Positions 43,407 through 54,412 are shown, counted from the stretch's first letter. The stretch: DNA of 64,000 nt from Candidatus Thorarchaeota archaeon (GCA_963726195.1 CAVSBO010000004.1:128001-192000); one strand, 5' to 3'. A program made the numbers and translations. Notes: a model not told the origin generated them from the sequence alone.

Positions 43407-44203
43407 TCCCCATCGGTACTTGGCACAGAGATGTTTTCCAACCGGAGCGATCCGGCTGCAGACAAAGAAGCACCAAGAAAGAGATATGCCTCGACCGTGA
43501 GGATGCGCGTATAGGGCGCAGCGCATTGGCAGACGAATTCCAGTGCCAAGTTCTGGGCCGTCATGAGAAGCACTCCAGCTAGGCCGAGTCCCAGAGGCAG
43601 CGATAGTCTGCCAGTCCTGAAAATCCAGAACAGGGCGGCCATGGAAACCACTACCAATGTGAGACCGAACATGAAGGGCGTCTTGATGACTGATTCAAGA
43701 AGGTCCAGCTGAACTACGTGTTCGCTCTCCCAAAGAAGTACAAGGAAGCTGCACAAAGCGGATGAGCTGATCAGTGCTATCCACATCACCTTCATGCTCA
43801 CGTACCCCAAGACCTGATTTGACGCTTTGAAGTAGCCCACGATACCTATGACCCAGAAGAGCAGTCCGAACAGCTGAATTAGGCCAATCCCAAATGAAAG
43901 CATCTCACTCAGTGTAGCCTGTGACAGTTCATAGTTGGCTAAATCGGCAACGAAGAAGAAAACAAGGCCGACTGCAATAGCGAGGTTCATTATTCGAAAT
44001 CGGTCCTCTCGTATGAGGCCACCTCGTGCGAAGAGCCCGATTCCGGCGAGGGCTGCCAGCAGTGCAGAAGCGGCTGCAGAAATGGCGATGAACGTGTTGA
44101 ACAACTCATCATTGTAAAGTATCTTGAGCAACACGCTGACTAGGAGCACGCCGAACGCTGCCAAAAGGAACGAAGCATTGACGTACTTGCCTTTTGGTGT
44201 CAT
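43370..44203 (-). CDS. Polytopic membrane protein (about 8 TM), sensor-like
   Basis: Hydrophobic helices throughout with no catalytic motif. Confidence 0.7.
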   Translation of the reverse strand: MTPKGKYVNASFLLAAFGVLLVSVLLKILYNDELFNTFIAISAAASALLAALAGIGLFARGGLIREDRFRIMNLAIAVGLVFFFVADLANYELSQATLSEMLSFGIGLIQLFGLLFWVIGIVGYFKASNQVLGYVSMKVMWIALISSSALCSFLVLLWESEHVVQLDLLESVIKTPFMFGLTLVVVSMAALFWIFRTGRLSLPLGLGLAGVLLMTAQNLALEFVCQCAAPYTRILTVEAYLFLGASLSAAGSLRLENISVPSTDGDYGAPLPPTADK

Positions 44204-44301
44204 GTCTGTGCTCCTCTGGCTTCATCCGCAGCCGTCAGCCTCGCTTTTGTTTCTTGCTAGTCTTAGCACAGAGCGACGCCCGTGCAGGGCGACACAGCCT
44301 T

Positions 44302-45502
44302 CTATGTGGTTGTCATTTGCTCCCACTGAATCTCGTAGACCTTGCTTGGGAATTCTCTCTCAAGGTCTTGCCTCGTACTGGTCAAGACTGCATTCACAGG
44401 TCGTGAACCCACGTACTTCCGGACCTTTGCCACGATTGACTGGAATAGCAGTCGAAACCCGTCGGATATGGTTTCAGGAGTTATCGTTCCTCTGAACAAG
44501 GCAGTAGTGAGAGAGCTCTTCACGTCCAAATCAAGTGTCTGACCAAGGTTCACGAATGCCAACCACGGGTGCATCTCCAAGACGGGACTTCGAGATTCGA
44601 AGAAGATACGAAGCGCGGTCTTGTATCCCAGCAGCTTTGCATACTTGCTCATCATGCTCTTCAGGGCAGTCAAATGTAGAACGAGCATTGCCTGAGACGG
44701 TGACACTCTTTCGACAGCCCTGTATCTGGCTAGGAGCGCAATGTCCTCTAGGAAGCGCTTCAGGTCTGAAGTTTTCACCTTCTCTGCAGCGATAGCGAGA
44801 GGGGTTTCTCCGTCAAGCTTCAGCTAGTGCCTTTGCCGTTTCGGCCGATATTCCACTTACTCTAGCCCTAGTGCCTACGAGTGCAGTTGTCTGATAGATG
44901 TCGTCAGGCTTCACAGGGTTCGTAATGGTGACCGCCTTTTCCCAAGCGGCTTCGGCGACCCAGTTCATCGCGACATCGACAGGAACCTCCAAGAAGTTGG
45001 CCGCCTCCTTAACGGTGCAAACAGCTGGTATCAGCCTGAGAAGGGCAACGACTTCTGCATCCTTGGTATAGAACTGCCAGTCACGCTTGACTTGGATTGT
45101 GGTGTCTGGCCGGACCGAGTCTTTCGTGAATTCCTCAAGAACAGTGTGGTCAAATCTCGTGTGAACAGCAAGGTCCAAATCAACCCATCTCAGAACGTTA
45201 AACTGCTCCTCGAATTTCATCATTATTCTCCTTAGTTTCTCTCTCAGGTGCGCCGTGTCTCGAGTAGCAGACAGAGCGCCTAGAGTCCAAGTGCCGAACT
45301 CCACGAGGATCTCATAGTCGACTCCCTCAAAGGCCCTCGCCTGAGAAGTCACTGACTTGGTCGCTTCATCGAAGAAGGAAGTCATGGCCACTATGAAGGA
45401 TGAAATGAGATGAGGGTCGAACAGAGGCGGGTCCTCGAAATCATGGTTGTACATGCAGACCCCTGTCTCGCGCTTGACTATGTAGATGCTCTTGACTTCC
45501 AT
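44302..45502 (-). CDS. Longin-like plus wHTH-like protein; frameshift near 44820
   Basis: IYIVKRETGVCMY...DPHLISSFIVAMTSF; removing one base joins the ORFs as ALAELDGETPL, matching LAHLDSRTPV in the paralog. Confidence 0.7.
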
Positions 45503-45675
45503 TCGATCGCATCCTGTTGGCTACCGAGTAGGGGGTGTGCAAGCCAATGAAGAACAAATCTGATGGCAGGCAGCAATAGGCGTACAAGTCCTTTTGAGCC
45601 TTGTAGGTACAGACACCAAGTTGGTACCTTGGTCAATCGAATACTACTATAAGGAAACCACAGAGTTCAGAACTT

Positions 45676-46278
45676 GTGTCAGAGTACAGCATAAGATGCC
45701 CCATATGCGGACAGGGAAATCTGAACGTTCGCTCCTTGCTGTACCCCATTCCGTTCTTCAACGAGCTTGTGATGTTCATGATAGATTGTCCTGTCTGTCA
45801 TTTTAGCGAGAATGACGTGTACAGTGCCGAGGAGAGAAAACCCGGCCGCTGGACCATGAAGGTAGACAGCCCTTTTCTCCTGAACACCCGGGTTGTTCGT
45901 TCCAGTTCGGGTACTATAAGGCTCCCTGACTTTGGGATTGACATAGAGCCGGGCCCGACTGCCGAATCTTACATCAGCAATGTCGAGGGCGTCCTTCTTC
46001 GGACTCGCCCAGTGATTGAGAGCGCTGTCCGTTTCGCGGATGAGGAAAAGCAGAGAAAAAGAGGTCGCAAAGTCCTCTCGATGATTGACAAGGCAATGAG
46101 TGGTCAGTTGTCATTCACGCTGATTATCGAAGACCCTGCGGGTGTGAGCGGAATCATTCCGGATAACATGAGACTTGTCAAGTATGAAGAACTGAGCTCC
46201 GAAGAAGCATCTGAGCTTAAGGGCGCTCCTCCGTGGCTCGACGAGCTCAGGTCCGACTATGTTGAGCGTAAGGGCTAA
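45676..46278 (+). CDS. zpr1: ZPR1 zinc finger protein
   Basis: CPICG, IPFF, CPVC, RVVRSS, ISNVEG and IEDPAG. Confidence 0.93.
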   Translation: MSEYSIRCPICGQGNLNVRSLLYPIPFFNELVMFMIDCPVCHFSENDVYSAEERKPGRWTMKVDSPFLLNTRVVRSSSGTIRLPDFGIDIEPGPTAESYISNVEGVLLRTRPVIESAVRFADEEKQRKRGRKVLSMIDKAMSGQLSFTLIIEDPAGVSGIIPDNMRLVKYEELSSEEASELKGAPPWLDELRSDYVERKG

Positions 46279-46308
46279 AAGGCTCACGACGCGAGCATTC
46301 GAAACACT

Positions 46309-46384
46309 GGGCCGGTAGTTTAGGTGGTATGACGCCTGATTTGCATTCAGGAGGTCAGGGGTTCGAGTCCCCTCCGGTCCACCA
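46309..46384 (+). tRNA. tRNA-Ala(TGC)
   Basis: Acceptor stem gggccgg/ccggtcc with the G3:U70 Ala identity pair; anticodon arm cctga-ttTGCat-tcagg; GTTCGA T-loop; encoded CCA. Confidence 0.96.
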
Positions 46385-46563
46385 TTCAAGCTTTTGTGAA
46401 GCAAGTGTCGCCGTTGCCCGCCTTTCTTTCTTAACCGGTCAAGCATATGTTTAAAGGGAGAGTTTCTCGGCCGCACGCCAATAAACGCACAGGGCGCGGT
46501 GCAAGTCCGGTCAACTAGTCTGAACTTGCATTCATGCAATGCTCTGGTGTGGTGAAGCGTAAA

Positions 46564-48936
46564 ATGCAAGGACTATTCAGTACATTTCTGAGTATGACGC
46601 TTCCCGAGCAGATTATGGTCTTCTCCGTGATCGGAGCCGCAATTGTGAGCCTCTGTTACGCGTACTGGCTCTGGTCGGGTGTCAAGGCCAAGGACAAAGG
46701 CACAGAACAGATGATCGCAGTCTGGAGCGCAGTAAGAGAAGGTGCACTAGCCTACCTCAAACAACAGCTCAAGACCGTTCTTCCGATTCTGGCCGTACTC
46801 ACGGTCCTGCTCTTCGGGAGCGTCTATATCGTGCCGCCGACTGCAGAAGCAGAAGGCGTGTTCGGAACCGGCACCATGACCATCTTCGGTATAACAATGA
46901 AGACAGCCGTGTTCATGGTTGCCCTTGGTAGGACGCTCGCGTTTCTGCTAGGTGGATGCTTCTCTCTGATTGTCGGACAGCTAGGAATGCGTGTTGCAGT
47001 CAATTCCAACGTTCGAGTTGCACAGGCAACAAGGGAAGCTGGAGAGCGCGGTGACCGCTACAACCACGCACTCGAAATTGCCTACCATGGTGGAACGTTC
47101 ACAGGCATGCTTACTGACGGACTTGGCCTGATGGGCGGAACGACTATTTTCATAATCTTCGGCGCCGCTGCCCCGGACGCTCTCCTCGGCTTCGGCCTCG
47201 GTGGTACACTGCTTGCTCTCTTCATGCGAGTGGGTGGTGGTATCTATACAAAGGCAGCCGATGTAGGCGCAGACCTCGTAGGCAAAGTCGAACAAGGCCT
47301 GCCTGAAGATGATCCGCGGAATGCGGCCGTCATTGCCGATCTCGTGGGAGATAACGTGGGTGACTGCGCAGGAATGGCAGCTGACATTTTCGAATCTTAC
47401 GAAGTCACTATAGTATCAGCCCTGATTATTGGTATAGCTCTGTATTTCTACGGTGGTCCTGGTTTTGGTGGCAGACTAATCTGGATTGTGTTCCCGCTTG
47501 TCGTGCGAGGGGTCGGTGTGATCTCTTCAATGATTGGTACCTACGCTGTTGCTCTCTGGGGCAAGTTCCTTCACAGAGAAGTGGGAGCAGAGCATGCCAT
47601 GTTCATGTCCTACGAGCTGTCGAGTGCATTCACCATCTGTGTTTCCATCATAATCTCATTGTTCTACATGGGTGACATCCGATATGGTGCATTGATAGGT
47701 ATCGGTGTCTTGCTTGCAGTGTCATTCAATCCTATCACGAGCTACTTCACTTCAACTGAGAAGGCTCCTGTGAAGGAGATGGTTAAGTCCACAGATACTG
47801 GCACTGCTACACTGATTCTATCAGGTCTGGCTTCTGGGTACGAATCAACGGTAGCCGCCTTGTTGGCCATCGTGACAACCTTCGTGCTTGCTTGGCTCAT
47901 GTTTCCGGGCGGTACCACAATCGTACTCTACGGGATTGCGCTCGTGGGTATTGGAATGCTGACCCACACTGGAAATAACGTCGCCATGGACTCATACGGT
48001 CCAATCAGCGACAACGCGGGCGGCATTGCTGAACTCTCCCCGGGTGACTTCGACCACACATCCGAACAGGTCTTGGCTGACCTAGACGCAGTCGGCAACA
48101 CGACAAAGGCAATAACAAAGGGTGTAGCTATCGCATCTGCAGTGATTGCAGCTGTAAGCCTGTTTGACAGCTTCGTTGTTTCAGTGAACAATAGACTCTT
48201 TGAATTGGGGAAGTCACCGATATCGCTCCTGCTGTCCAACCCAATGATATTCTCAGGGCTTCTTATCGGTGCATCGATTCCGTGGATATTCTCCGCCTTG
48301 AACATCAAGGCTGTCGCACGTGCAGCTGGACAGATGGTCACCGAGGTCCGCAGGCAGTTCCGAATACCTGGCGTACTCGAAGGAACTCGAAAGCCCGATT
48401 ACGATAAGGCCGTCGCAATCTCTACAGGAGCGGCTCAGAAGGAGTTGGTTAGCTTGGCCGTCCTAGCAATCGCGGCCCCCATGATAGTCGGTATTCTGCT
48501 CAATGTGGAAGCGCTTGGTGGCTTCCTTGCGGGCATCATTGTCTCTGGCCAGCTACTGGCTGTGTTCATGGCGAACACAGGTGCCGCATATGACAACACT
48601 AAGAAGTCTATTGAAGACGAACCACGCGATGCGAAGGCCAACACTGGCAAGGGCTCAGAGCGTCACAAGTCGAGCGTTGTGGGTGACACTGTAGGAGATC
48701 CGCTGAAGGACACTGCGGGACCTGCACTTAACCCCATGATCAAGATCGTGAATATACTCTCGCTTATTGTCGCTCCAATACTTGTGACCTACACCTTTGG
48801 TGCGGACATGCTTCTGAACCTTGAGCTCTTGGTGGTTGTCCTGCTCTTGTTGGCAATGGTGTTTTGGGCCATTCGCAAGAGCACCAAGCCAGCAGACTTC
48901 GGTGTGCAGAAGACTAAGGCTGTCGCAGCTGAGTAG
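46564..48936 (+). CDS. hppA: Membrane-bound H+-translocating pyrophosphatase, K+-independent type
   Basis: GGGIYTKAADVGADLVGK, EDDPRN, DNVGD, GNTTKA (Lys variant) and GDTVGDPLKD. Confidence 0.96.
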   Translation: MQGLFSTFLSMTLPEQIMVFSVIGAAIVSLCYAYWLWSGVKAKDKGTEQMIAVWSAVREGALAYLKQQLKTVLPILAVLTVLLFGSVYIVPPTAEAEGVFGTGTMTIFGITMKTAVFMVALGRTLAFLLGGCFSLIVGQLGMRVAVNSNVRVAQATREAGERGDRYNHALEIAYHGGTFTGMLTDGLGLMGGTTIFIIFGAAAPDALLGFGLGGTLLALFMRVGGGIYTKAADVGADLVGKVEQGLPEDDPRNAAVIADLVGDNVGDCAGMAADIFESYEVTIVSALIIGIALYFYGGPGFGGRLIWIVFPLVVRGVGVISSMIGTYAVALWGKFLHREVGAEHAMFMSYELSSAFTICVSIIISLFYMGDIRYGALIGIGVLLAVSFNPITSYFTSTEKAPVKEMVKSTDTGTATLILSGLASGYESTVAALLAIVTTFVLAWLMFPGGTTIVLYGIALVGIGMLTHTGNNVAMDSYGPISDNAGGIAELSPGDFDHTSEQVLADLDAVGNTTKAITKGVAIASAVIAAVSLFDSFVVSVNNRLFELGKSPISLLLSNPMIFSGLLIGASIPWIFSALNIKAVARAAGQMVTEVRRQFRIPGVLEGTRKPDYDKAVAISTGAAQKELVSLAVLAIAAPMIVGILLNVEALGGFLAGIIVSGQLLAVFMANTGAAYDNTKKSIEDEPRDAKANTGKGSERHKSSVVGDTVGDPLKDTAGPALNPMIKIVNILSLIVAPILVTYTFGADMLLNLELLVVVLLLLAMVFWAIRKSTKPADFGVQKTKAVAAE

Positions 48937-49147
48937 AGTCTCTAGTAATCTGAAGGTGGCATCTATCGCCACCTTCTGCTCTTTCTTTTCTCTCTTCGGC
49001 CAATCCATGAGTTCTTTTCATTATCCTCTAAGAGGCCGTCAACCTAGCTGAGATGAATTGAATCCCTTGCTCTCTGCACAAAAAGAAGGTAGTAGGCAGT
49101 AAGTGGACTGCCTACTTGATACATGGCTCGATCATCTGTGTTAGCCG

Positions 49148-52141
49148 TTACGATATGATGTCAGTTGTTGGTCTTTCGGAGGGTGCGCCCTGCAAGGCTT
49201 TCGAAAGCGTCCTTCTTCTCAGAAGCATTAGCCCTGCAACCACGCCAGCTACCCCAGCTGCGCCAGCTATGCCTACGACAAGCAATGGCTGGATACCTGC
49301 CGCCTGAGTGGTGTGACCCGGATAGTCATTAGGATCAAGGGGATTAGTACCCGCAAGCACCTCAACGCCGTCTAGAAATCCGTCACCATCCGTGTCGGCT
49401 TTGAGAGGGTTGGTACCGATCTTCACCTCATAGGCGTCGTTCAGGTTGTCACAGTCGGTGTCGATGCACTGAAAGTTCGTTCCAAGTGCCAGTTCTTGGA
49501 GGTCATCAAGGCCATCATAATCGGTGTCTCCAACATTGACTCCGAGCTTCGCTAGCACAGCACGAATCTGGTTCACGTCACCAACGTAGCTCGCATTCAT
49601 CTGCGCTAGGAGGGCAGTGTTATGGGTAGCAAGAGCCGCAACCAGCTCGAGCCGAGTCGCATTGGCGTTGAGCTCCGTGACAGTCTGAACCAACAGCGTG
49701 GCATTCCCGTTCACATATCCGAATAGAGTTTCGATTGCCGTGTGGTTACTATCGAGCCATGATATGACCTGTTGAAGGAGCGTCGCGTTCGCATCGAGCT
49801 GCTGCATGAGCGACTTGAGCATGGTTGCATTGCCATTAGACCATTTTATCAGGTTCCGAATGAGTGTCGCATTCCCATTGAGGTCTTTGTAAATAGCGTC
49901 ATACCATGCCTGAGGCATGGCGGGGTAAGACATCGGATCGAGAGGGTCAGAACCATACGCAACCTCATATCCGTCGAGGAAGTTGTCATTGTCAGTATCG
50001 ATGCAGAGCGGGTTCGTGCCGTGCCTTGCCTCAGCCCAATCTGTTAGGCCATCGCAGTCGGAATCAGCACATAGGATAGCCATAAAGCAGTCAGAACTTC
50101 CTCCATTGTAGGTCGAGTCGTATGCATTGACGGTGGGAAACCCAGCGGACATTGTATAACCCGTGGCATACACGCACCCGCTCTCGACCGCAATACCGCA
50201 TCCCTGTTCGACAACCGCTCCGAATAATGTGCTATAGACGAGTGACTGGCCATCACCTGCGAATGTGGTTATGAAGCAGTCCTGGTATCCAGTATAGGTC
50301 GAGTTGAATGCATTAACAGTGGGGAAATCAGGGGAGGATTCATAGCCCGTGACATACGCGCAGCCGCTCTCCACGGCGATAGCATATCCGACGTCGCCTG
50401 CCGTTCCTCCAAGGAAAGTGCTGTAGGCGAGCGACCGACCGTCAGCCGCGAACTTGGTCACGAAACAGTCACAGGTTCCTCCATTGTAGATCGAGTCGTA
50501 TGCATTGACAGTGGGGAAGCCAGCGGACCCTGTAAGGCCCGTGACATACGCGCAGCCGCTCTCCACCGCAATGGCAAATGCATAGTCATATCCTGTTTCT
50601 CCAAGGAAAGTGCTGTAGACGAGCGACAGGCCATCAGCCGCGAACTTGGTCACGAAGCAGTCACCGGCTCCTCCATAGGTCGAGTCGTATGCATTGACGG
50701 TGGGAAACCCAGCAGAATATGTATAACCCGCGACATAAGCGCAGCCGCTCTTGACGGCGATAGCATATCCGATGTTGTCTGCCGTTCCTCCAAGGAAAGT
50801 GCTGTAGACGAGCGACAGGCCATCAGCCGCGAATTTGGTCACGAAGCAGTAGCGGGCTCCTGCGTAGCTCGGGTCGTACGCATTGAGCGTGGGGAATCCA
50901 GAGGACTCTGTCGAGCCCGTGACGTACGCGCAACCGCTCTCCACGGCGATAGCATATCCGACGTCGTCTGCCGTTCCTCCAAGGAAAGTGCTGTAGGCGA
51001 GCGACCGACCGTCAGCCGCGAGCTTGGTCACGAAGCAGTCGCCGAATCCACCATAGCTCGAGTTGTATGCATTGACGGTGGGAAAGTCCGTGGACAATGT
51101 ATGGCCCGTGACATACGCGCAACCGCTCTCCACCGCGATAGCATTTCCGACGTCGTCTGCCGTTCCTCCAAGGAAAGTGCTGTAGACGAGCGACAGGCCA
51201 TCAGCCGCGAACTTGGTCACGAAACAGTCACAGGTTCCTCCATTGTAAATCGAGTCGTATGCATTGACAGTGGGGAACCCAGCGGACCCTGTCGAGCCCG
51301 TGACGTACGCGCAGCCGCTCTCCACGGCAATCCCGTATCCAGTGTCGTAGGAGGCTCCGCCAAGGAACGTGCTGTAAACTAGGAGGATAGCAGGGTCGAT
51401 GAGCAGCTCACGGGAGATGTCATACCGCCCAACGCAAAGTCCCGCTGTGAGCCGGTTGTCACGGCGAAATGTGCAAGCGACTGTCTGGATGTCGCTGTTG
51501 TTCTGATATGCCCGCAGTCCGGCATCGTCAACCCGGAACCCATCCTTCAAAACGGTCACGCAATCCTCCTGCACATCCACCGTGTCTGCATGGGGGTAGC
51601 TCATCCGGATGGCGCCGGGGTCTGCATAAGGTGAAACAATGAACTCATATTTCAGGGTTTCATACTGAAAGCTATAGACGAGGTCGATACCAGTGTAGAT
51701 GTTCGCATATCTGAGCACTGCACAGTCCGCTAGCCCTGTCCTCCAAAGGCTTTGATCATTTCCGTACATGTAATTCGTGATTGAGCCTGTTGCCTGTTCA
51801 CCTGTTGGGATGACCTGTCTGCTCCCAGAGAATTCAAGCACAATCAGAGCGTCTCCAACAACATAGTAGACCTTGGACTCGCCGAAGTAGGCGATCGTGT
51901 CAATGCTCTTCCGTGCGACGTAGTAGATACCGTCACTATTTGATGCTGAAGGGGAGAAATGCATGATGTTGAGATTCACTTTATCCTGCGGCCGTTCTTT
52001 GGATCCATCGACTATTCCTCTGTGAGTGTCATTGAGAATACGAGGGGAATTGAGTTTGGATGCAAAGCCGGGCAGGGCAGGGATTACTGAAGACGCGACT
52101 AAAAGTGTTAGAAGAAAAATACTGGCTCTCTTCTTCACCAA
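49148..52141 (-). CDS. Surface protein: SBBP beta-propeller, DxDxDG Ca-binding repeats, coiled-coil stalk and C-terminal TM anchor
   Basis: Signal peptide, IDP..LVYSTFLGG repeats, DTDxDxxxD motifs, and TM followed by RRR. Confidence 0.9.
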   Translation of the reverse strand: MVKKRASIFLLTLLVASSVIPALPGFASKLNSPRILNDTHRGIVDGSKERPQDKVNLNIMHFSPSASNSDGIYYVARKSIDTIAYFGESKVYYVVGDALIVLEFSGSRQVIPTGEQATGSITNYMYGNDQSLWRTGLADCAVLRYANIYTGIDLVYSFQYETLKYEFIVSPYADPGAIRMSYPHADTVDVQEDCVTVLKDGFRVDDAGLRAYQNNSDIQTVACTFRRDNRLTAGLCVGRYDISRELLIDPAILLVYSTFLGGASYDTGYGIAVESGCAYVTGSTGSAGFPTVNAYDSIYNGGTCDCFVTKFAADGLSLVYSTFLGGTADDVGNAIAVESGCAYVTGHTLSTDFPTVNAYNSSYGGFGDCFVTKLAADGRSLAYSTFLGGTADDVGYAIAVESGCAYVTGSTESSGFPTLNAYDPSYAGARYCFVTKFAADGLSLVYSTFLGGTADNIGYAIAVKSGCAYVAGYTYSAGFPTVNAYDSTYGGAGDCFVTKFAADGLSLVYSTFLGETGYDYAFAIAVESGCAYVTGLTGSAGFPTVNAYDSIYNGGTCDCFVTKFAADGRSLAYSTFLGGTAGDVGYAIAVESGCAYVTGYESSPDFPTVNAFNSTYTGYQDCFITTFAGDGQSLVYSTLFGAVVEQGCGIAVESGCVYATGYTMSAGFPTVNAYDSTYNGGSSDCFMAILCADSDCDGLTDWAEARHGTNPLCIDTDNDNFLDGYEVAYGSDPLDPMSYPAMPQAWYDAIYKDLNGNATLIRNLIKWSNGNATMLKSLMQQLDANATLLQQVISWLDSNHTAIETLFGYVNGNATLLVQTVTELNANATRLELVAALATHNTALLAQMNASYVGDVNQIRAVLAKLGVNVGDTDYDGLDDLQELALGTNFQCIDTDCDNLNDAYEVKIGTNPLKADTDGDGFLDGVEVLAGTNPLDPNDYPGHTTQAAGIQPLLVVGIAGAAGVAGVVAGLMLLRRRTLSKALQGAPSERPTTDIIS
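50085..51380 (-). repeat. Seven intragenic ~189 bp tandem repeats (propeller blades), several near-identical
   Basis: ccgttcctccaaggaaagtgctgtag recurs at about 50401, 50782, 50971 and 51160. Confidence 0.9.
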
Positions 52142-52802
52142 CTTTGCCTCCTTAACCAGCTGACTAGTAGTCCGCAGATATTACATAGACAATATCAGCA
52201 ACAAGTCATTCGTCTGCTTATTTGTATTGTGAAATCTGATGACAAAATACCGGACACCAAAGCCGGAGCCAGTATTTGGCAACGCGATGGTGGTGGTTCG
52301 TGAGTGATTCCTCTGTCCGTAAGATGAGGCAGAACCGCGCTGTCCTCCTCCTGCCTTCATCCAGTCAAACGCTAACGGTTGGTTCTTGGTCCCTCACATT
52401 GACATGGCATGAGGCTCAAGGAGTCCTGCCCCTCTTCGGAATGAACTCCAGAGGATTAATCAGGTCGTTTCACCGTGAAATATGAACCAGGTATTCGACC
52501 TATTGAGGTGGGTCCGGATCCAGGCTAAGAGAAGTAGTTGGTATTCGCGTGGTTAGGAGGGGGAGATATGCAAAACACCCGAACCCGGACCTCGGCGTAT
52601 TCCCGGCTAGTGGTATATTAAACGTTGAGATAGGTAGTTTTTTGGTCAAATCACAATCTGAACCAGTGTTGTCCAACAATGAGGCTGGTTTTCAGTAAAG
52701 ACATTCCGGCGGCATGTGACAAAGAGAGTGTGCAAGTCTGAGGACACGGGACGGGTCTCCTATCGATTCTTCTGATTGAGCAGAGTGCTGCCTCGATGAG
52801 CC

Positions 52803-53165
52803 TCACATACCCCACTCTTGCCCCAATCTCTGTCTGTACCATCTGAGCCCACGTTTGGTCAGCTGATAGGATGACTCGATTTGCTCGATCAATCCCATCT
52901 CCACCATGCTCTGAAGAACTCCGAAGAGTTTGTCATCCGATGCCCCGGTAATCTCGAGCAGCTTAGGGAAAGTCAGCTTGCCTTCGCGCCTTAGATGCTG
53001 AGCTATGTCGTATTTGCCGACGGCCCTAGTCTCTCCGCGGTTGATTATTTGTCCACAGTTGGTACAGAGCAGATCTCCCTTCAAATCGTCTCTCGCGACC
53101 TCATTGCTTCCGCATACTGGGCAGGTCGCGTGTGAGAACCTGAGACTGCGTCTATTCTGTGACAT
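52803..53165 (-). CDS. TFIIB-type Zn-ribbon plus winged-helix protein
   Basis: CPVCGS...DLLCTNCG, then LQSMVEMGLI..YQLTKRG. Confidence 0.78.
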   Translation of the reverse strand: MSQNRRSLRFSHATCPVCGSNEVARDDLKGDLLCTNCGQIINRGETRAVGKYDIAQHLRREGKLTFPKLLEITGASDDKLFGVLQSMVEMGLIEQIESSYQLTKRGLRWYRQRLGQEWGM

Positions 53166-53225
53166 GTTTTCGTCCAGCGGCACAGTACGGGATTCTTGAT
53201 AAGAGTAGCGAAGGAGCAACGTTCC

Positions 53226-53753
53226 TCATTCGTCAGGTTGTGCTGTCTTCTCCTCTGACAGTCGCTGGAAGAAGGCGTCGAAGTCAACCTCGAAAGGCAC
53301 CCTTGGCCCGGGCCTAACTCGTTTTCTAGCTCGGTCAATCTCCACGTACTGCTGCTTGGCGAGCTCTCTCAGGTCTTCGAGAACACTTCTTGAGGTCTTT
53401 CTTCTCACGTCTCTTATTTGGTCCAGCGGCACCCATCCTCCTTCCCGGTACGCGAGGGTGATGACGGTCAACAGAGTGGCAGCAAGGCGATCTGGTAGTT
53501 GCCCCTCTTCGCTTGACGATTCAGTAGTCCCTTTCGTGTCCAAGTAGAAGACGCGGCTGATTGGATTGTACCGGATGGTCATCCCAAGCGGCGACAGCCG
53601 TTCCTCAAGTTCAGCTAACCTTTCAAACAGGTGATGTCTTCCAACATCCTCAGGCAATCCAAGGGCATCGAGCATGTCGTCAACTCCTGCTCCTATGACA
53701 CTCCCTGACCGGGTAATCAACCTCAGAATCACCCAGTATTCATTGGTCAACAT
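53226..53753 (-). CDS. Kite-like tandem winged-helix protein (ScpB/Nse1/Nse3-like)
   Basis: LxERLSPLGMTI..FYL followed by a second wHTH (LRELAKQQYV); lies downstream of the SMC and kleisin. Confidence 0.7.
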   Translation of the reverse strand: MLTNEYWVILRLITRSGSVIGAGVDDMLDALGLPEDVGRHHLFERLAELEERLSPLGMTIRYNPISRVFYLDTKGTTESSSEEGQLPDRLAATLLTVITLAYREGGWVPLDQIRDVRRKTSRSVLEDLRELAKQQYVEIDRARKRVRPGPRVPFEVDFDAFFQRLSEEKTAQPDE

Positions 53754-53756
53754 CGA

Positions 53757-54407
53757 CTAGGACTCCTCTCTTGTCACAGTTCTCCCCTTTGGGTCGTAGC
53801 TCACCATGCCCTTTGATATCAACACTATGACAAACAGGAAGCGTCGAAGGAATTCCTCGATGTCTTCAACCATCAAGAGGTCGTCGATTCTGATGGGCTT
53901 TCCAACCTGCATTGAGGCAACGAAACGATTCAGCTCCTCTATGAAAATCGAGCTCTCGCTAGCAAAGACAAAGTCATCCGGGACACCAGACATCTTCGGA
54001 GGAATATCATCAGGCGGACGCTGACTATGGAGTTCAATCATCTTCATGATTCGTTCCATGGATCTGTCAAGTGAATCAAGACTGATGTGCGTCTGCTTCA
54101 CAGGTTGTGCTTGGCGGTAGAAAGTTGCCAGTCTCTTGGCACTCATTGCTTTCAACTTGTCGATGTAAAGTTCAGGAGTTGCGAGAACACGTGCCATCTC
54201 CTGGACCCGAGTCACCTTGGATCCAAGAGCTTCATTCAGAATCTCGTCGATGTCCAGTCTGCGGTCAATCCGGGCCACGAGCTGCTGCAATTTTCGATAG
54301 GGTTCTGTGAGTCGAAGAGATAGCGGGTCGGTCTTGCCACTCCGAATACTGCCAGCGATGTCGGCGACCTGCCGAGTCAGTTCTTCCAGTTCGCTCGTGG
54401 GGCACAC
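53757..54407 (-). CDS. Kleisin (ScpA/Nse4-like)
   Basis: N-terminal GKTDPLSL resembles ScpA DPxxI; C-terminal RFLFVIVLISKGMV resembles the kleisin wHTH; lies directly after the SMC gene. Confidence 0.68.
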   Translation of the reverse strand: MCPTSELEELTRQVADIAGSIRSGKTDPLSLRLTEPYRKLQQLVARIDRRLDIDEILNEALGSKVTRVQEMARVLATPELYIDKLKAMSAKRLATFYRQAQPVKQTHISLDSLDRSMERIMKMIELHSQRPPDDIPPKMSGVPDDFVFASESSIFIEELNRFVASMQVGKPIRIDDLLMVEDIEEFLRRFLFVIVLISKGMVSYDPKGRTVTREES

Positions 54408-54412
54408 TCCTC

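Noticed and set aside
44813-44830. TGA as selenocysteine readthrough or programmed frameshifting
   Set aside because: The downstream homology is in another frame, and no shared slippery motif occurs across the many breaks; an indel error is the simpler explanation
46309-46384. tRNA-Ala as an integration site
   Set aside because: I saw no duplicated tRNA 3' end and no integrase in the window
50085-51380. Regularly spaced DNA repeats as a CRISPR array or DGR template/variable repeats
   Set aside because: They are in-frame ~189 bp coding repeats without unique spacers, and no cas or reverse transcriptase gene is in the window
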